The notes below the pieces were generated by a model that had not been told where the DNA came from, searched no databases, and was given only the letters and a program-made list of their open reading frames with translations. From the IMG/VR virus record IMGVR_UViG_3300029705_000055, positions 1 through 64,000 of that record: a DNA stretch of 64,000 bases; one strand, written 5' to 3'. The DNA is from a virus (taxonomy: Duplodnaviria > Caudoviricetes). A program made the position numbers and the translations under genes. Below are positions 33,759 through 47,100 of the stretch, one piece after another (the stretch's first letter is position 1; each line of letters opens with the position of its first letter).

Positions 33759-36700
33759 TTAATATGCAGTAATCGACGCCGCAAACGAATCGCCATAAAC
33801 AGACATGGTCATGGCCGCCGGGTTTGTAGAACTAGTCTCTAAAATTACATTAGTTTGAGTACCGCTAGTATTTTCCTCGACAAAAAGAGTCTCTTCTGTC
33901 GGCGTAAGAGTCACAATTGCCCCGAAACGAACACACACGTTAGCAGAAACATCGCATGGAAAAACCGCTGAAGAAGCGGCTGTTAACACTGTAGAACTGG
34001 GGGTTGCTGGGTGGGTTGAATCGTAAAGATTGCCCACGGTTACGCTGCCGGGATTTATAAAATGCGCCGATACAGTACCCGAATAATAAATAGGCGCCAA
34101 AACACCGATAGCGTCAGTAAAGCCCTGGGGAAACCCTAAATCTTCAGTGGTGTGTCCTTTTGCACGAATTAGATCTGCGATTTGAACTAAAGAGTCTTCT
34201 AATCCAATTACATCAGCTAATACGGGCTCTCCAATTACTGTTCCATTTGCCATTAAAAAAGAAATAAGATCACTATTAGTCACATCTACGCCATCTACTA
34301 TGCGAATGGTTTTAGCATCTCGCAACCAACCGCTGTGTTCATCATACACCTAGCCATAATCTTGCTCCCCACCGGGGTTAAATCCGTTGTACCACATTCC
34401 ATCGTCCCATACACCCAACGAACTTGAGGTATAGGTTTGTTCATTATATGGGATTTCGTAATTTATATTAAAATCTCCGCCACCAGAACCAGAAGGAAGA
34501 GTCAACACATTGTTAAATGTCCAAGTAGTATTGGTTAAATTCATATTACCAGCTTGCGCCATGCCCTGTGACACCAGAACAGCTGCATCAGCAGGATTCC
34601 ATGTACGGACAGAACCAGATGTATCGAGACCTACGTACATCGCATAATTTTGATTTACTAGTGGAGTAGATATGATGAGTTGATATTTATTTGAAGAGCC
34701 TACACCATATTGACCACTTAAAATCGTATATCTACCAATAGATGTCTCTGGCGATGTGTTGTTAGCCATCTCTATGTAAGAAACATCTCCAGATACTGTA
34801 TTGGAGCAACAATAGTTACCGAAAGAGTTACCAGAGCAATCGTTGCCGAAGGAGTTGTGGGAGCAACCGTTACCGAAGGAGTTGCCCTGGCAGCTGTTGC
34901 CAAAGGAATTGTAATTACAGTTACATCCTGCAATATTAAATAAATATTCAGTGACAGTCCTTGTCCCAGACATATTGGAGAAAATATTTAATAAATTATT
35001 ATCACCAAAATTATTGTTCCAACACCACTCATCGGACACTCCTGTAAGATATTCAAATATATTTACAGGCAATCCTTCTGGGATGTTTTGCAATGACAAA
35101 GTAAACGAAAGTGCGTCTGGTGCTCGCCCAATCACGTTGTCATAAGTAACCACAAGACCAGACGAATTAAGCGTTTTATCTTGGTGTTCGCCAGTAGAGG
35201 TATTGTATTCATCAAACGTATAATACCAATCCGCATTAAACGCACTCAAATATGTAGTGTCCACTGTGGGGAACTGAATAGTTCCCAATATATTTGCACC
35301 AACAGAAAAGTCTTTGTGCCAAGTATTGGGGAACGGGGATGTATATGTACCGCTCTGTAAATAGTAGCTCAAAGCTTGGAACACGTAATATACAGAACCA
35401 TACCTATTGGGCTGCGTACTCGCATCATAACATAAGTCATCTTCGTACTGCGCATCGGTGTACGTAATTGCATATGCAATATACTGAATATTTTTGAAGT
35501 CATAGTGGCATTCGTTGCCGAATTCGTCCTTCATATAATAGATGACACCCTTACCATTTGTTGCATCTGCCCACGCATATAATGAGGGATTATTCTCAAC
35601 AGTATATTTTAACTGCCAAACAGTTAAGCTACTGTTAGCGAAATAAGTATCCCCGGCATGCTAAATTGCCGATGCATTTTCGCTCAGTTTGTTGCCGCTG
35701 AGCGCCTGTACAATTATATCGAACGGATGCTCTGCAGATTTAGCATAATGCACATATGCGGCGGAACCCGCCATAGAACTAATGTCATATGTACCGTTAA
35801 TTTTTGTTACATAGTCAGTAATTCTATAATAAGCGCCCGCTCTAAGCGTGCCCGCGGTTTTCAAAGCAGTAAGCTGCGCATAGGTTACAGGGATAACGAG
35901 GTCATTCGTTGTTACAAACGTGGCCCCACCTGTTGACCAAGAGTCACCGTTGCTTACGCCTATCCACCTTACGCCCGCAGAATTGGGTAAAGTAAATGTC
36001 GCGAGGCTCGCAGTTATCTCGCTAAGTGTATAAACAGCATATTCGTTAGAACCGGACTCGTCATACACAACACGACAAATACGCCCCTTTAAATAAGCAG
36101 AAAGAATGTCAGAATAACTGGTAACACCGTACTCTGCATCAAAATTTTCTACCTGAAAACCAATCCAGCCGCTTGTATTAGAACCGTTGTTCCAATATGT
36201 ATATTCCCAGCGATAAGGAGCGAGGTTGCCGCTGGTCAGCACCAAGTGAATAACTTTTCCGCTCGTGCCGGTGCCGTGCATTATTTCAACAACAACTTCT
36301 GCGTTCGCAAGTGTGGACGGCAGGTCGCTCCAACGAACCTCACCAAGATAAGACATACCCGCGACCGCACCAGAGTCTGCATTAACCGCATCGCAAAACG
36401 CCTTTGTGGTGGTTGCCGACGTAGTGGGCCAACTCGTCGGGAAAGCTTGATTGGTTGCAATGTCCATATTCCCGCTTCCCAAGATCGACTGATTGTTTAT
36501 GGTTTTTATATTCGTGCCGCTTACCAATACGGGTTGATATTGCGACATATCAGGGCCGATAGCAATCCATTGCGGGGTTCCTTCGTATTCGCCCCAAGCA
36601 TATTCGGTCCCATCGGGAGTCGTACCCGAAGTACCCTTATATTTAACAGTATATGCATCACCTGGTTCGGGCGACGTAATTCCTGACAAATCGCTATAAT

Positions 36701-36818
36701 AATCAACGGCTCCGCGATAAACCAAGCTGCTCGAAAGGCTATCAAGGCGGCTATTCGCAAGATCTGCCGCGGCGCCCGCACTGGCACCAAGCCCTCTTGC
36801 AATAATATCAACAGCCAT
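33759..36818 (-). CDS. Mosaic fibre/spike-like virion protein (code 15, 1019 aa)
   Basis: TAGs at 35661 and 34350 join three ORFs; GKGVIYYMKDEFGNECHYDFKNIQ, NSFGNxC repeats and the shared LxNTxW module. Confidence 0.75.
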
Positions 36819-36820
36819 AA

Positions 36821-37198
36821 TTACACCTCCGCAACACCAACAATTGTTGTCTCGCCAGAAGCAGAGGCAACAACGACACGTACTCGCGCGGTACCATTAA
36901 TGCCGATGGCATATATGCCCGGGGCCGTAATGCTGCTCGACACACTGTAATCGCTTAAACTAATAATAGCCAACTCGGTCCACTCGCATTGCGCGTCGGT
37001 TTTCGCGGTCCCGTCGGTATTCAGGATATTTATACATCCCTCAACAGTGAGAGACACGCTTCCCGATGTGGACACTTCAAGATTGAGCACAGAGAAACCA
37101 TTATTATAAAACGGTTCACTCGTACCCGCCGTAGTAATGGGGGTTTTCACGGAATCAAAAAAGGGAAAGATTTGCTTGTCTGTTCTAATGCTAGGCAT
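36821..37198 (-). CDS. Beta-rich hypothetical virion protein
   Basis: AGGAGG RBS, 125 aa. Confidence 0.75.
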   Translation of the reverse strand: MPSIRTDKQIFPFFDSVKTPITTAGTSEPFYNNGFSVLNLEVSTSGSVSLTVEGCINILNTDGTAKTDAQCEWTELAIISLSDYSVSSSITAPGIYAIGINGTARVRVVVASASGETTIVGVAEV

Positions 37199-37257
37199 CT
37201 TTAATTCCTCCTATAAAAATAAAGTATAAAAATAATCCCCCACGGGGGAGCGATATA

Positions 37258-37800
37258 TCATTTGGGCGCTGTTTTGTCATACCCAATGATATATCGCGTT
37301 AAATCATGCAAAGGATTTTTACGGAACTTGTAAGTAGCATTTACAAGCTACCCGTCTTTCTTTTCAAAATAAAGCTGGTTGCTAAAGGGAAAGGGGAGCG
37401 GGCCGCAGCTTTCACGACTCCACGTTTTTGCGTCCACTTTGGGCGCAATCCAACGCCCAATTTTATACAGGTCTATATATGGCAAGAGATCGATATCTAT
37501 TGAATCCATGCCACTATAAAAACCAACTTTCATATTGGAATGTGCGTGCACATAATTAGCAATACGTTTGATATCTTCATGGTCGGCATCACCGCCCATA
37601 AGGCCAAATACAGTACAATAACAATGTGAATTAATTAAATTCTGAATCGCGTCATCGGTTAAATAAGATCCAACATCTAAACGAAGCCAGGGCTCAGAAC
37701 ACTCATCGCACATACCCGGGCAATTAGTAATATTAACACACACAGCGACCTCGTCTGGAAACTCCGAAAACGTCACCGCATGGTCATAATACTTAAGCAC
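37258..37800 (-). CDS. nrdG: Anaerobic RNR activating enzyme (radical SAM), code 15
   Basis: CPGMCDEC (CxxxCxxC), adjacent to nrdD; reads through TAG 37348 to TGA 37258. Confidence 0.85.
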
Positions 37801-39676
37801 GCTGCGCCCCCTCCGGGGAGGCATAATAGCGCTGTGCAGCCTCTTTCTGCCGCACCTCGCTAAAATTGGAAACTCGTTTTAGGTAGCCTATGATTCTGGT
37901 GGCATAATCAACATCCGTGCTTCCGCATTCAGAGCAACGATCATGCATATGTTTATCTATATGCCCGCAGCTATTACACACGGTGTTTGGAACATTAAAA
38001 GTAAAATAACTACACCCAACTTTTGCAGCGATATCCATTAGCTTACGATATTGTTCTTGTGAAAGATGCTCGTCGAGATTACAATGATAGGCCGAACCAC
38101 CATCAAGATTACCAATAAAATCTTCTCCGTGCAGGCACATTTTTTCTACGGGATCATAGGTTGGATCCTCAACAGGATAGAAATAAGAATTGTAACACAC
38201 ACGAGAATCAGGCACCCAATACCCATCCTCTTTGTCCCACTTGTAATGTTTGACTCCCACGGACTCACCCGGTATCATCTCGCAGTTAAACTTACAATGT
38301 TCTGCTCGATCTTTAGTGTTTAAATCTTTAATTGTACCAAGTATATCCCTGGCCAGCTGCTGATACTGTTTGTTGTCATGTTTTACACGGATTCCATTAT
38401 ACGCAGTGTCATTCTGCATACCTAAAAATTCAGCCGCCTCGACGAAGCCATTAAATCCACAAGTTAAATACTCATCGTCAAGGCTAATGAAGCCAGCCGA
38501 AAATACGGTGAGAATGCCCGCTTCAAAATCATCCCATAGTTTTCTATTCCAGGACATCAGATATTTGTGAAGCCTGTTGACGATAGGGACGAGGTAGTCC
38601 TTAAGCGGAATGGAATGACCGGAACGATACCAATCCTACACAATGCGGTTGAGGTTCAGAGTTATAACTCTCTTGGACCCGGTTTTGACCCCACCAGCAC
38701 CAAGAGTATAGCTGAAAACATTCGACTCAATTTTATTTTTAAGCCGACAGCACGAGCTTAACGCATCAGCGGAATCGCTATTATATAAGAAAAATGAATG
38801 TCCCTCTGCCCACATCTCGGCAGTAAAATCAGCCATTTCTTGATCTTTGTACTCTTTGGTTTCGGGGTCCCATAATAAATTCATGGTTTCCACGGGGAAA
38901 GTAAGAACTTCTCTTGTTCTTTCTTTATTAAACCATTTCATAAACATTTTCTATAATTCTTTTGTGGTCTCCCAACAAGGCTCGTCGCCGTCGGGGAAAA
39001 CAAAATCTCTAAAAATGCTTGCAAAATAATATTTATCGTAATAAGAAATGTTCGTAAAGGGAGACTAATAATTGCGACTGCCAGCGGGCTAATTAATAGA
39101 ATAAACAAATTGCTGGAACCAATCTTCTATTCTGTGCCTCAGCGCACCGTTGTCATCGTCTAAATGATCGGTGTAATCTTGACCGAAATCCAGTCTCAAA
39201 AAATGGTCCATATAAACTAGTGTTTCGGGTGCGGCGCAAGCGCCGGCAAGCTGACCCGCAACGAGGAAAATTAAATTAATTAAACCACCTATATAGCCGT
39301 TTGTATGCTTAGGTGGACCACTAGAGCCCCCTAAATCTTTCAGACCATTCAGCAAGAACGGATACAGAGAAATAGCAGCGCAATAGGGATACCCTCCGAG
39401 CGTACTTTCATCATTTGTGTAAATAGTATGGTGCTCAAGGTCTTTGATATACTGTTCTGCCAAATCTTCGCCAAAACATTTCTTTATGTATTCGTGTGCC
39501 ACGTAACGCTGCACGTCTATACCAAGTTTTTTAATTGATTCGGCCTACATGGTTGCGATGTTTTTTGTAGTCACATTGGCATTTTGGTCGTATTTTGCCC
39601 CTGTTGCAGCATTACTTGCTTTTTTATATTCATCAAAAAAATTAACAATTTCTGTTACACGATCTTTAGGTCTCAT
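37793..39676 (-). CDS. nrdD: Class III anaerobic ribonucleoside-triphosphate reductase (code 15, 627 aa)
   Basis: YPYC, N-Q-PAGSRNY-Q-SPFTN, SSCCRL, CxxC/CxxC Zn site and RIIGYL glycyl-radical loop; five TAGs. Confidence 0.93.
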
Positions 39677-39885
39677 ACCGCGCGCTGCCCCCTAATCCAA
39701 TCGAAGATTTCTTTACCAGATAAAAGGTTTCCTTCCACTTCGAGGACAGGAGTGTGTTGAAGCCCGCGGGCGATCATCGTGTCGAGGTCTGTGCAAGACT
39801 CGTATTCTACTTTTTCTTTTTTTAACATCATTTCAACGGCCTTGCACTGTGGACAAGTCAACGTATGATAAAAGATGACTTTCAT
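39673..39885 (-). CDS. Glutaredoxin/NrdH-like protein
   Basis: CPQC and TPVL motifs; ATGA-coupled to nrdD. Confidence 0.85.
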   Translation of the reverse strand: MKVIFYHTLTCPQCKAVEMMLKKEKVEYESCTDLDTMIARGLQHTPVLEVEGNLLSGKEIFDWIRGQRAV

Positions 39886-39938
39886 TTGTCATAACCTCCA
39901 AAAATAATAAATAAATTTAGAAAAATTGTGCAAAATGC

Positions 39939-40670
39939 TCAGGTGTTATCTTCGGAGGTTTCTTCGGCCACTTCTTCTTCTTCGGCTTCTTCGCTTTCGC
40001 GTTCTGCCACCCTAGCTGCCGCAGCATCTCTGATAACCTAGGCAAGCTTTTCGTCGTTGGCCACTGCGACTTCGGCTTGCTGAAGCCCCTCTGTCGCAAG
40101 TTGTCTGTCGAGGTCGCTTAAGCCGCCCGTCGCCTTTTCGTTTATCGCTAAGAGATCCCTGATCATTTCAGGGGTCAGGGAAGTCTTGACTTCCTTCATG
40201 GTGTCTACCCACTTGTCATACTCGGTGGTGCTTTGGAGAGCCGCCGTCTCGACGAGACGCTCCATGTTGGAAATATTAATCATATCACTAACCATACCAC
40301 AAAAAGTAGCATAGTCGTCTTTGGAAACTTCTAAAATTTTCTTAGCCAGACCGTGCTCCATGAGCATATCATACACCGAGAAAGTTCTACCAATTATACC
40401 CGTGTCGTTTTCGAGGTTGACACAATAACCGAGAAGACCGAAGACAACTTTACCGTTTTCGATATTACCCGCTGCGCCCGGCGCATCGTAATCGCGGGGA
40501 ACAGTAGACAAAATTTCCATGGAATGCATTACTTTTTCTTTAAGTGGCATATACTCTTTTACAACAAGTTCACTCAAAAAAGTTTTTATGGCTTCTTCTT
40601 TTTCTTCGGAGCCATCTTTTTCAAAATCTGCACACATATGCAGATAATCAGTTAATTTTAATTCGGTCAT
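39939..40670 (-). CDS. Hypothetical protein (code 15, 243 aa), possibly a tail assembly factor
   Basis: Reads through TAG 40038 to TGA 39939; function guessed from position only. Confidence 0.65.
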
Positions 40671-40673
40671 GAA

Positions 40674-41690
40674 TCATTCTCCTTTCACATCGTCTGAACT
40701 TTGAGTTTTGAAGTTCATAAAGAACTCCCCAAGAATTTCTTCCGGGGGAATGTCTGAATATATTTTAATCATATCTGAGTTGGCCCAGCCAAAAATCTGT
40801 GTAATTACATCATCGGGCAACTTCTTGCGTTTTAACATGGTGCAAAAGAAGTGTCTGCTCGAGTGCGTGTAATAATCGATTTTAAAAATTTTTGATATAC
40901 GCAGAGCAAAATTATTAGCGGTCGATATTGTTGCGGGGTAATATTCGCCCTTCGATTTTGTAACGAAGAGAGCGTCCTCGGTAATACCGAGTTTCTTGCG
41001 TTCAGCAAGCCACGCATCCAAAAACGGCTAAAACAGCTCTTTGATAACATACTTTTTAATAAGCTTCCCTTGCTTACCCGCACCTTTAGCGCGAACCTCG
41101 GGGGTACAATACATATACCCGTTAAAGACCTCGCGCTCCGGGGTAAAGAAACTTACTTTCATTTGTAATAATTCTGCTTTGCGACTACCAGAAGCGCAGG
41201 CTAAAGCAAGATAGCAGGCCAACTGGTATTCTTTACGATCTAAAAGTCCCTATAACATTTCTTTCATACGCTCGTCTGCAATTACGGTCTTTTCACGAAC
41301 CGGAGCAATTTTAACAGCCTCAAGCGCACGAAGCTGATTGTGAAACTTAGGATAAAGATCCTCATAAAGCAGCTCAATCTCAGAGGATAAGCTGCTTAAG
41401 GCAGACTTAAGGGTGGAAATTCGGTTCGCACTCATACCGAGATCACGACACCACCCAAAATAATAAACAAAGTCTCTGCGTTTTAAATCAATAAAAAATT
41501 TATTCTCGTTTTCTTTGTAATTCCAGCAAAAAAACACTTTGAGCCACTCTTCATACTGGCTGATAGTTTGGGGGGACTTGTCATTGGATTTGCAATATTG
41601 GATAAAATCCTTAACGAGCCGCTTGTTCTCAGAAGACACGTTTTCCCAATCGCTGGTTAAATTTGTATTATAAACTGTAGTACGACTCAT
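40674..41690 (-). CDS. Tyrosine recombinase (XerC/integrase family), code 15, 338 aa
   Basis: SGSRKAE (R), AKG (K), HSSRH (HxxR), FGW, IKIY (Y); TAGs at 41250 and 41028. Confidence 0.9.
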
Positions 41691-42377
41691 TTATTCGCCC
41701 TCCTTTTCCACCTTTAGCGCACCAAGCCGCTTTATTTCTTCATCACAAGCAGCAATAGCATGAGCGCTCTTTAGCGTCTTTTTGTGTCGTTTTATATCTC
41801 TAACGGCTTCTTCAATATCTTTATTGATTTTTATATCGACGAATGTGCGCGCTAAAAAAATAGCGTCATACTCATCAAAAGAAAGATCTGAAGAAACCCC
41901 ATACTGTTCAATCACATAGCGTTTAATATCATCTTTTGTTACTTTAAAGGACGCATCCCAGGCTCTCAGCTTACGCAGATAGGCATGCGTGGAGGCCGGA
42001 AAAACCCCCACGCAATCATAAGCCGAAATCTCATTCTGCGCCAGATATAAGTTTAGAACAGCGTGCGCCTTTGCAAGCGCAACGAATGTCTAGACTGTGG
42101 AGTTACCCCCGCGCAGCTGGGTAGGCATCGCTTCTTTAGACACTAACAAGCTTTCTTTACGAAATCCTCTTTCACTTAGGAGGTCAAAAAATGCGCCTAT
42201 CGCTGCATAGAGATCTCTCTCTTTATAAATTCCCGTATCTGTAACGGAAATTTTGTATGTTAAAATGGGAATTTTATGTTGGATATCCCACAAACATATG
42301 CCCGTATTTTTACTCGCAAGATCAAACATAACGAGATATTCAAAATCGGTTAATTTTTTTTGAAGTTTAACTTCCAT
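41691..42377 (-). CDS. RuvC-like Holliday junction resolvase (code 15)
   Basis: FDLASKNTG, SKE, K..IK, DEYDAI motifs; TAG 42090. Confidence 0.75.
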
Positions 42378-42401
42378 ATAATTCCCACCTTTCATACCTT
42401 T

Positions 42402-44111
42402 TTATCCATAAATAAGTATTTGCGCAATTTCTGCATCAGTCAAAGAAACAAATCTTGCAGAATAATTTACCCAGTTTGTTGATGCTATATACGTCGCATA
42501 CAACGAGGCACGTACAAAAATTGACCCATGAACACCGCCTGTAGAGGTCGTATAAGTAGAAATTGGTGTGCTCAAAAAAGCATTTATGTTTGACAGCTTA
42601 CACACTGTGGTACTTAACAAATACAAAGACAATAAATGCGTACAACCACTGAAGCAGGAACTCCCAACAACAGAACAGCTAGATAATATTACCGTATTCA
42701 ACCGATTCCTTGTTTTAAATACACCTGAATACGCAAGACGCAGGGCCGGAGCATAAACATAAGCTATAGTAGTACAGTTAAAAAACGCACTTGTAACCAT
42801 ACTTGAGCACGCAGGCACTATTAAACTTTGCAATGCTGCGTACTGAAATGCATAAGCTGGAATAGTGGTGCACTTGGGTAGAGAAAGAGTCGTTAACGCC
42901 GTACAATAACCAAACGTTTCACTTCCAAGAGTAGTACAGTTAGGTAAATAAACAGTTGTCAGTGCCGTACAGCTATAGAATGTACGACTTGGAGCGGCGG
43001 TGCACTTAGGAAGAGAAACATTTGTCAATGCCGTACAATTCCAGAACACATTACTGTAAAGAGTAGTACATTGAGGTAATGTTATAGAAGTAAGCGCTAA
43101 ACATTGTCCAAAGGTCCATTCCTACACCGTCTGGCACGCGGGTAGGTACACTATCGAAAGCGAGGAGCAATATTGAAAACCTCGACTACCAATCGATTTA
43201 CATATCGGTAAATTTACCGAGGGGAGGGCATTGCATGAATAAAAAGCTGCCTCCCCCACTATCGTACACTAAGAAAAAGCCATAGTCAATGAACTTAGAA
43301 CATAGCAGCTTCCGAACATCCAGCTTGTAATGTGTGAACACAAGGGCATCGATAGAGTAGATAATTGAAAGCACCCTAAGAAAGTTTGCGACTCTACTGA
43401 AGTAACAGAAGGTAAGGAAAGAGCTTGTAAAATTCCACAATCACGAATTGCGGCAAGGCCTAAATAGGAGCAAACAGGGAGAGAAATATCTGTTAATGCA
43501 ACACAGCGTACAAAGGCTTGGTTATCTACATATGTACATGCAGGAAAATTAGCGCTTGTCAGCTAGCTACAATCCGCAAGCGCATATGGGCGAAGCGAAG
43601 TAACGGAGCTGTTAGCGTAGGCACCGCTAATTGTGCCATTAAGCATGGCTGTCGCGGTAGCATCTCCTCCACCGCCAGTTGGTATATTGCTTATAGCGCT
43701 ACCTAATCCCTCTGGACAACTAATTGTCGAAGAAGCGCCGCCTTTTGCACGAATTGCATTTGCAGCCAAACGCATATTTGCATCAAGCCAGTCTGCATTA
43801 ACTGACCTTACATCTACATCTAATTGTATTGCATATTCCTCTAACCAGTCAATCATATCTGAATCAGTAACATCTGTCCCGCCATAGATATAAATTGTCC
43901 GATAATTTTGATTTGACCAAGCATTCGTATCAAATACATGCGTACTGTTATAATAAATATCAAGGTTATCCTGATTATCCTCTAATTCTAAACTCGTATA
44001 CTCAGTACTATTGCTTGAAAATTGAAGGTCAAGCGGACCTATGCCCCCTTGAGGGGGTTGGAGTGATATGTTTATTTGCCACTTCGTATTAAGTAAAGTA
44101 TTCACACTCAT
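42402..44111 (-). CDS. BspA/LRR_5 leucine-rich repeat virion protein (code 15, 569 aa)
   Basis: Many F..C..L..v.LP.C repeats; three TAGs; N-terminal shared LxNTxW module. Confidence 0.85.
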
Positions 44112-47100
44112 TAATAGTTACCCCCTGTCCATTGAGCCATAGTAGCAGCGACCCAGTTACCATTACTATCAACTGTTAAAATTTTGCCTGCGTCTGCCGA
44201 TGTAACCGAAGGCAGAGAATTAGTTGTTGCTGCAAAAGCACTACCAGTCCAATAAACTGGTTGAGTAGATGAACCAATTGCGGGTGTGCCCAAGCCTGTA
44301 GCCGCGGAAACAATGCTACTTGCATATGTTACAGCTCCGGGTGTATGTATTGCAATATTAGATAAATACAGACCATCCGCACTGCTCCATGTTAATGTAC
44401 CAGAAATACCATTCACCAAAGCGCCGCCATAGGCAATCATATCAGGGAATAGTATATCAATTTGTTCGGCGTGTAACCCCAACGCATTTGAGACAATTAC
44501 GCCATTAAAGACAAGGATTGTACCTGAAACAACGGGTACCACTTGGCTCAAAGCGTATTTAACATATTGTGAATCAAGTGCTGATGCTATATCGGTTATT
44601 CCTTCTGTTGGTCCCAAATAAACGCATGTCCACTGATTATTAGCAAAAGTAACTTGAAAATGTGGATGTAACGTGGTGGATGTATACCAAGTTTGAACAC
44701 TTCCTGCATCAATACCCGTACCACCCTGACTTAATGGGACAGTCCCAGTAACGGAAACATTCGACCAAGAAGCGCTTCCTGAACCATCTGCGGTTAATAC
44801 TTGACCTGAAGTTGCGTAATTACCAGTAGTTCCACTTTTGATGTATGCCCCTTGTATATCCTCCCAGGAGATAGAGATACCACTAGAGCTTCCCGTGCCC
44901 TGTAAAAATTTAGTTGTTCCAGGACCTGCTAATCGTGTAGGTGCACCGCTATCGCCACCAACAATGATATCACCTTTTGTTGTCATTGGGTTAGCAATAT
45001 ATGCACTACTATCTACAGAAACAACACCAGAGGTATCGGTTTTCAGTAACCCAGCTGTTGACCAGTTTGACCACGCGGTTGTACCGCTAGTTGTGGTAGA
45101 TAATAAGACTTTGTTTGCGGTAGTTGTATTGGGGAATTTTCCCTCAATCCAACCCTTAAGCGCATCGCCACGGACAGCACAATATTGATAAACATTGCTG
45201 CCATAATGTGTACCCGTTGCGCCTGCTTGAAGGACAACTTGTCTGGCGGCGCGATATGTATTATCGCCGTCATAGTTCAAAAATAGGTTGTCTTTCGTGC
45301 AAGCACCGCCGCTGGTGGGCGTGTTGACACCACAGATACCACGGGTGACAAGACCAGATTTGGCAGCAGTACCGCCAATGATTATACCATTCGGTGTGTA
45401 GATACGGGTCTTGTCATAAGTATAAGTCGTAACAACTGTAGTAGCGCCAGAGCCGCCGGGCGCACCAGTACCAGGTACAGTAACATTATTATTCTGTGTG
45501 GCTGTTACCACTTTCCCCCACTCAGTCGTTGTTGGGAGTTTATAACCAGAATCTATACCTACAGTTAATGTACCAGAAGAAGTTATTGGGCCGCCAGTAA
45601 CCGATATACCGCCCGAACCCGTACCCCCTACACTTGTAACAGTACCCGAACCACCACCAGCAGCCCACGAAACGCCACCGCTACCATCGGCGGTAAGCAC
45701 ATAACCAGAAGTCGCAGAACCGCTACTAATGCCCGAAGTGGTCACAGAACCCCAAATAGGAGCATTGCCATCACTAGTCAAAACCTTACCCGAAGTCCCG
45801 ATGGCCAATCTTGTACCAGCACTACCATCAGCATTACCATATATTAAATCGCCTAATGCTGTAATAGGATTGACCAAATAACTACTTGTGTCTAATGCCC
45901 AAGTATTCGCGGCAGTCTTCTTTAATAAACCAGAAGTACCAGTTAACCCCTCTATTGCTTGTAAATCATCTGTTCCGCTAATTTCCGAGAGAGAGTAGCT
46001 CGGTTTTGTGGACTCAAGCGCCCAAGAAGGAACGTTTGGCACATCAGACATCGTTGCTATCTTATTTGTACTGCTATTATAAGCGGTATTAGTAAGAATA
46101 TTAGCAACCCCGCTACTCAGAATACTCGTACCATTTATTTGAACATCTGTAACAGGAACCGAAGGAATGTTGCTCGTCAGAGCAATCGTTCCCGTAGTGT
46201 TTGGTAAAGTATAGGTATAGGCGTTGTTTACAAAAGTATTGTTATTGTTAAATTCCCACATACCAATAAGATTGGTCGCAGGAGTTTGTTGAATAGATGT
46301 TTGTCCAGATGCGTGGTTAAAGAGTTGTACCTTAGATGGTAAAAATTGTGCAATGTTATTTCTTGTAGTGACATTATGCGATGTAGCAACAGAGAAAGCA
46401 ATGAGGTCAGGGCCAAACGAGGTGCTGTCGCCGTTTCGTGAACCGAACTCGACAGCGTTGCCCCCACCGTTGGAATAAGCATTATTGTCAATACTAACAA
46501 ACCCAACCACACTTGAACCATTGGTCTCATATGTTGGTACAGTCAACCGCGCTAATTTTCTTGTGCCAGCTGACACTGTTGTGGCAGAAACGTTTGCGCC
46601 AAACACGACGCACCCACTCGGAGAACCACTCTGGAATTTTTGTTGAGCCGTAAATGTTTTTGTTGCCGAAACGGTCTGCGCAGTATTAGTGGTCACATAG
46701 TTTGTCGGAATAGTAGGGAGGTTATTTAAGTCATTGTAATCGCCGCTAAAAGCAACCTGACTTAAATCATCCTCAAATACCATCGGTGTTGGGGTAGGTG
46801 TCCCAGCACCTGTCAGTGTACCAGAAGAATTTGCATTGGTATAATATTGATTATTAATAACATCATACATACCGTATGTGGTGGTACCACCAGATACATA
46901 TTTAACAGGATACATATCCTGAACAAGCGCACCACTACGCCATACTCTATACCGATAAACACGGCCCTTCATAGTCGCCGTTGGCGCTGTACCACCTGGG
47001 TTTATGGTAAATAAATAGGCATTATAGCTGAATGTGAAATTCGCCGCCCAACCTTCCGATTTACCATAGTCAACGCCGTCGAAATAACAATGACCGCTTG

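Noticed and set aside
34800-34925. CRISPR-like or non-coding tandem repeat
   Set aside because: Degenerate 30-nt coding repeats (NSFGNxCxx) inside a CDS; no constant repeat-spacer structure.
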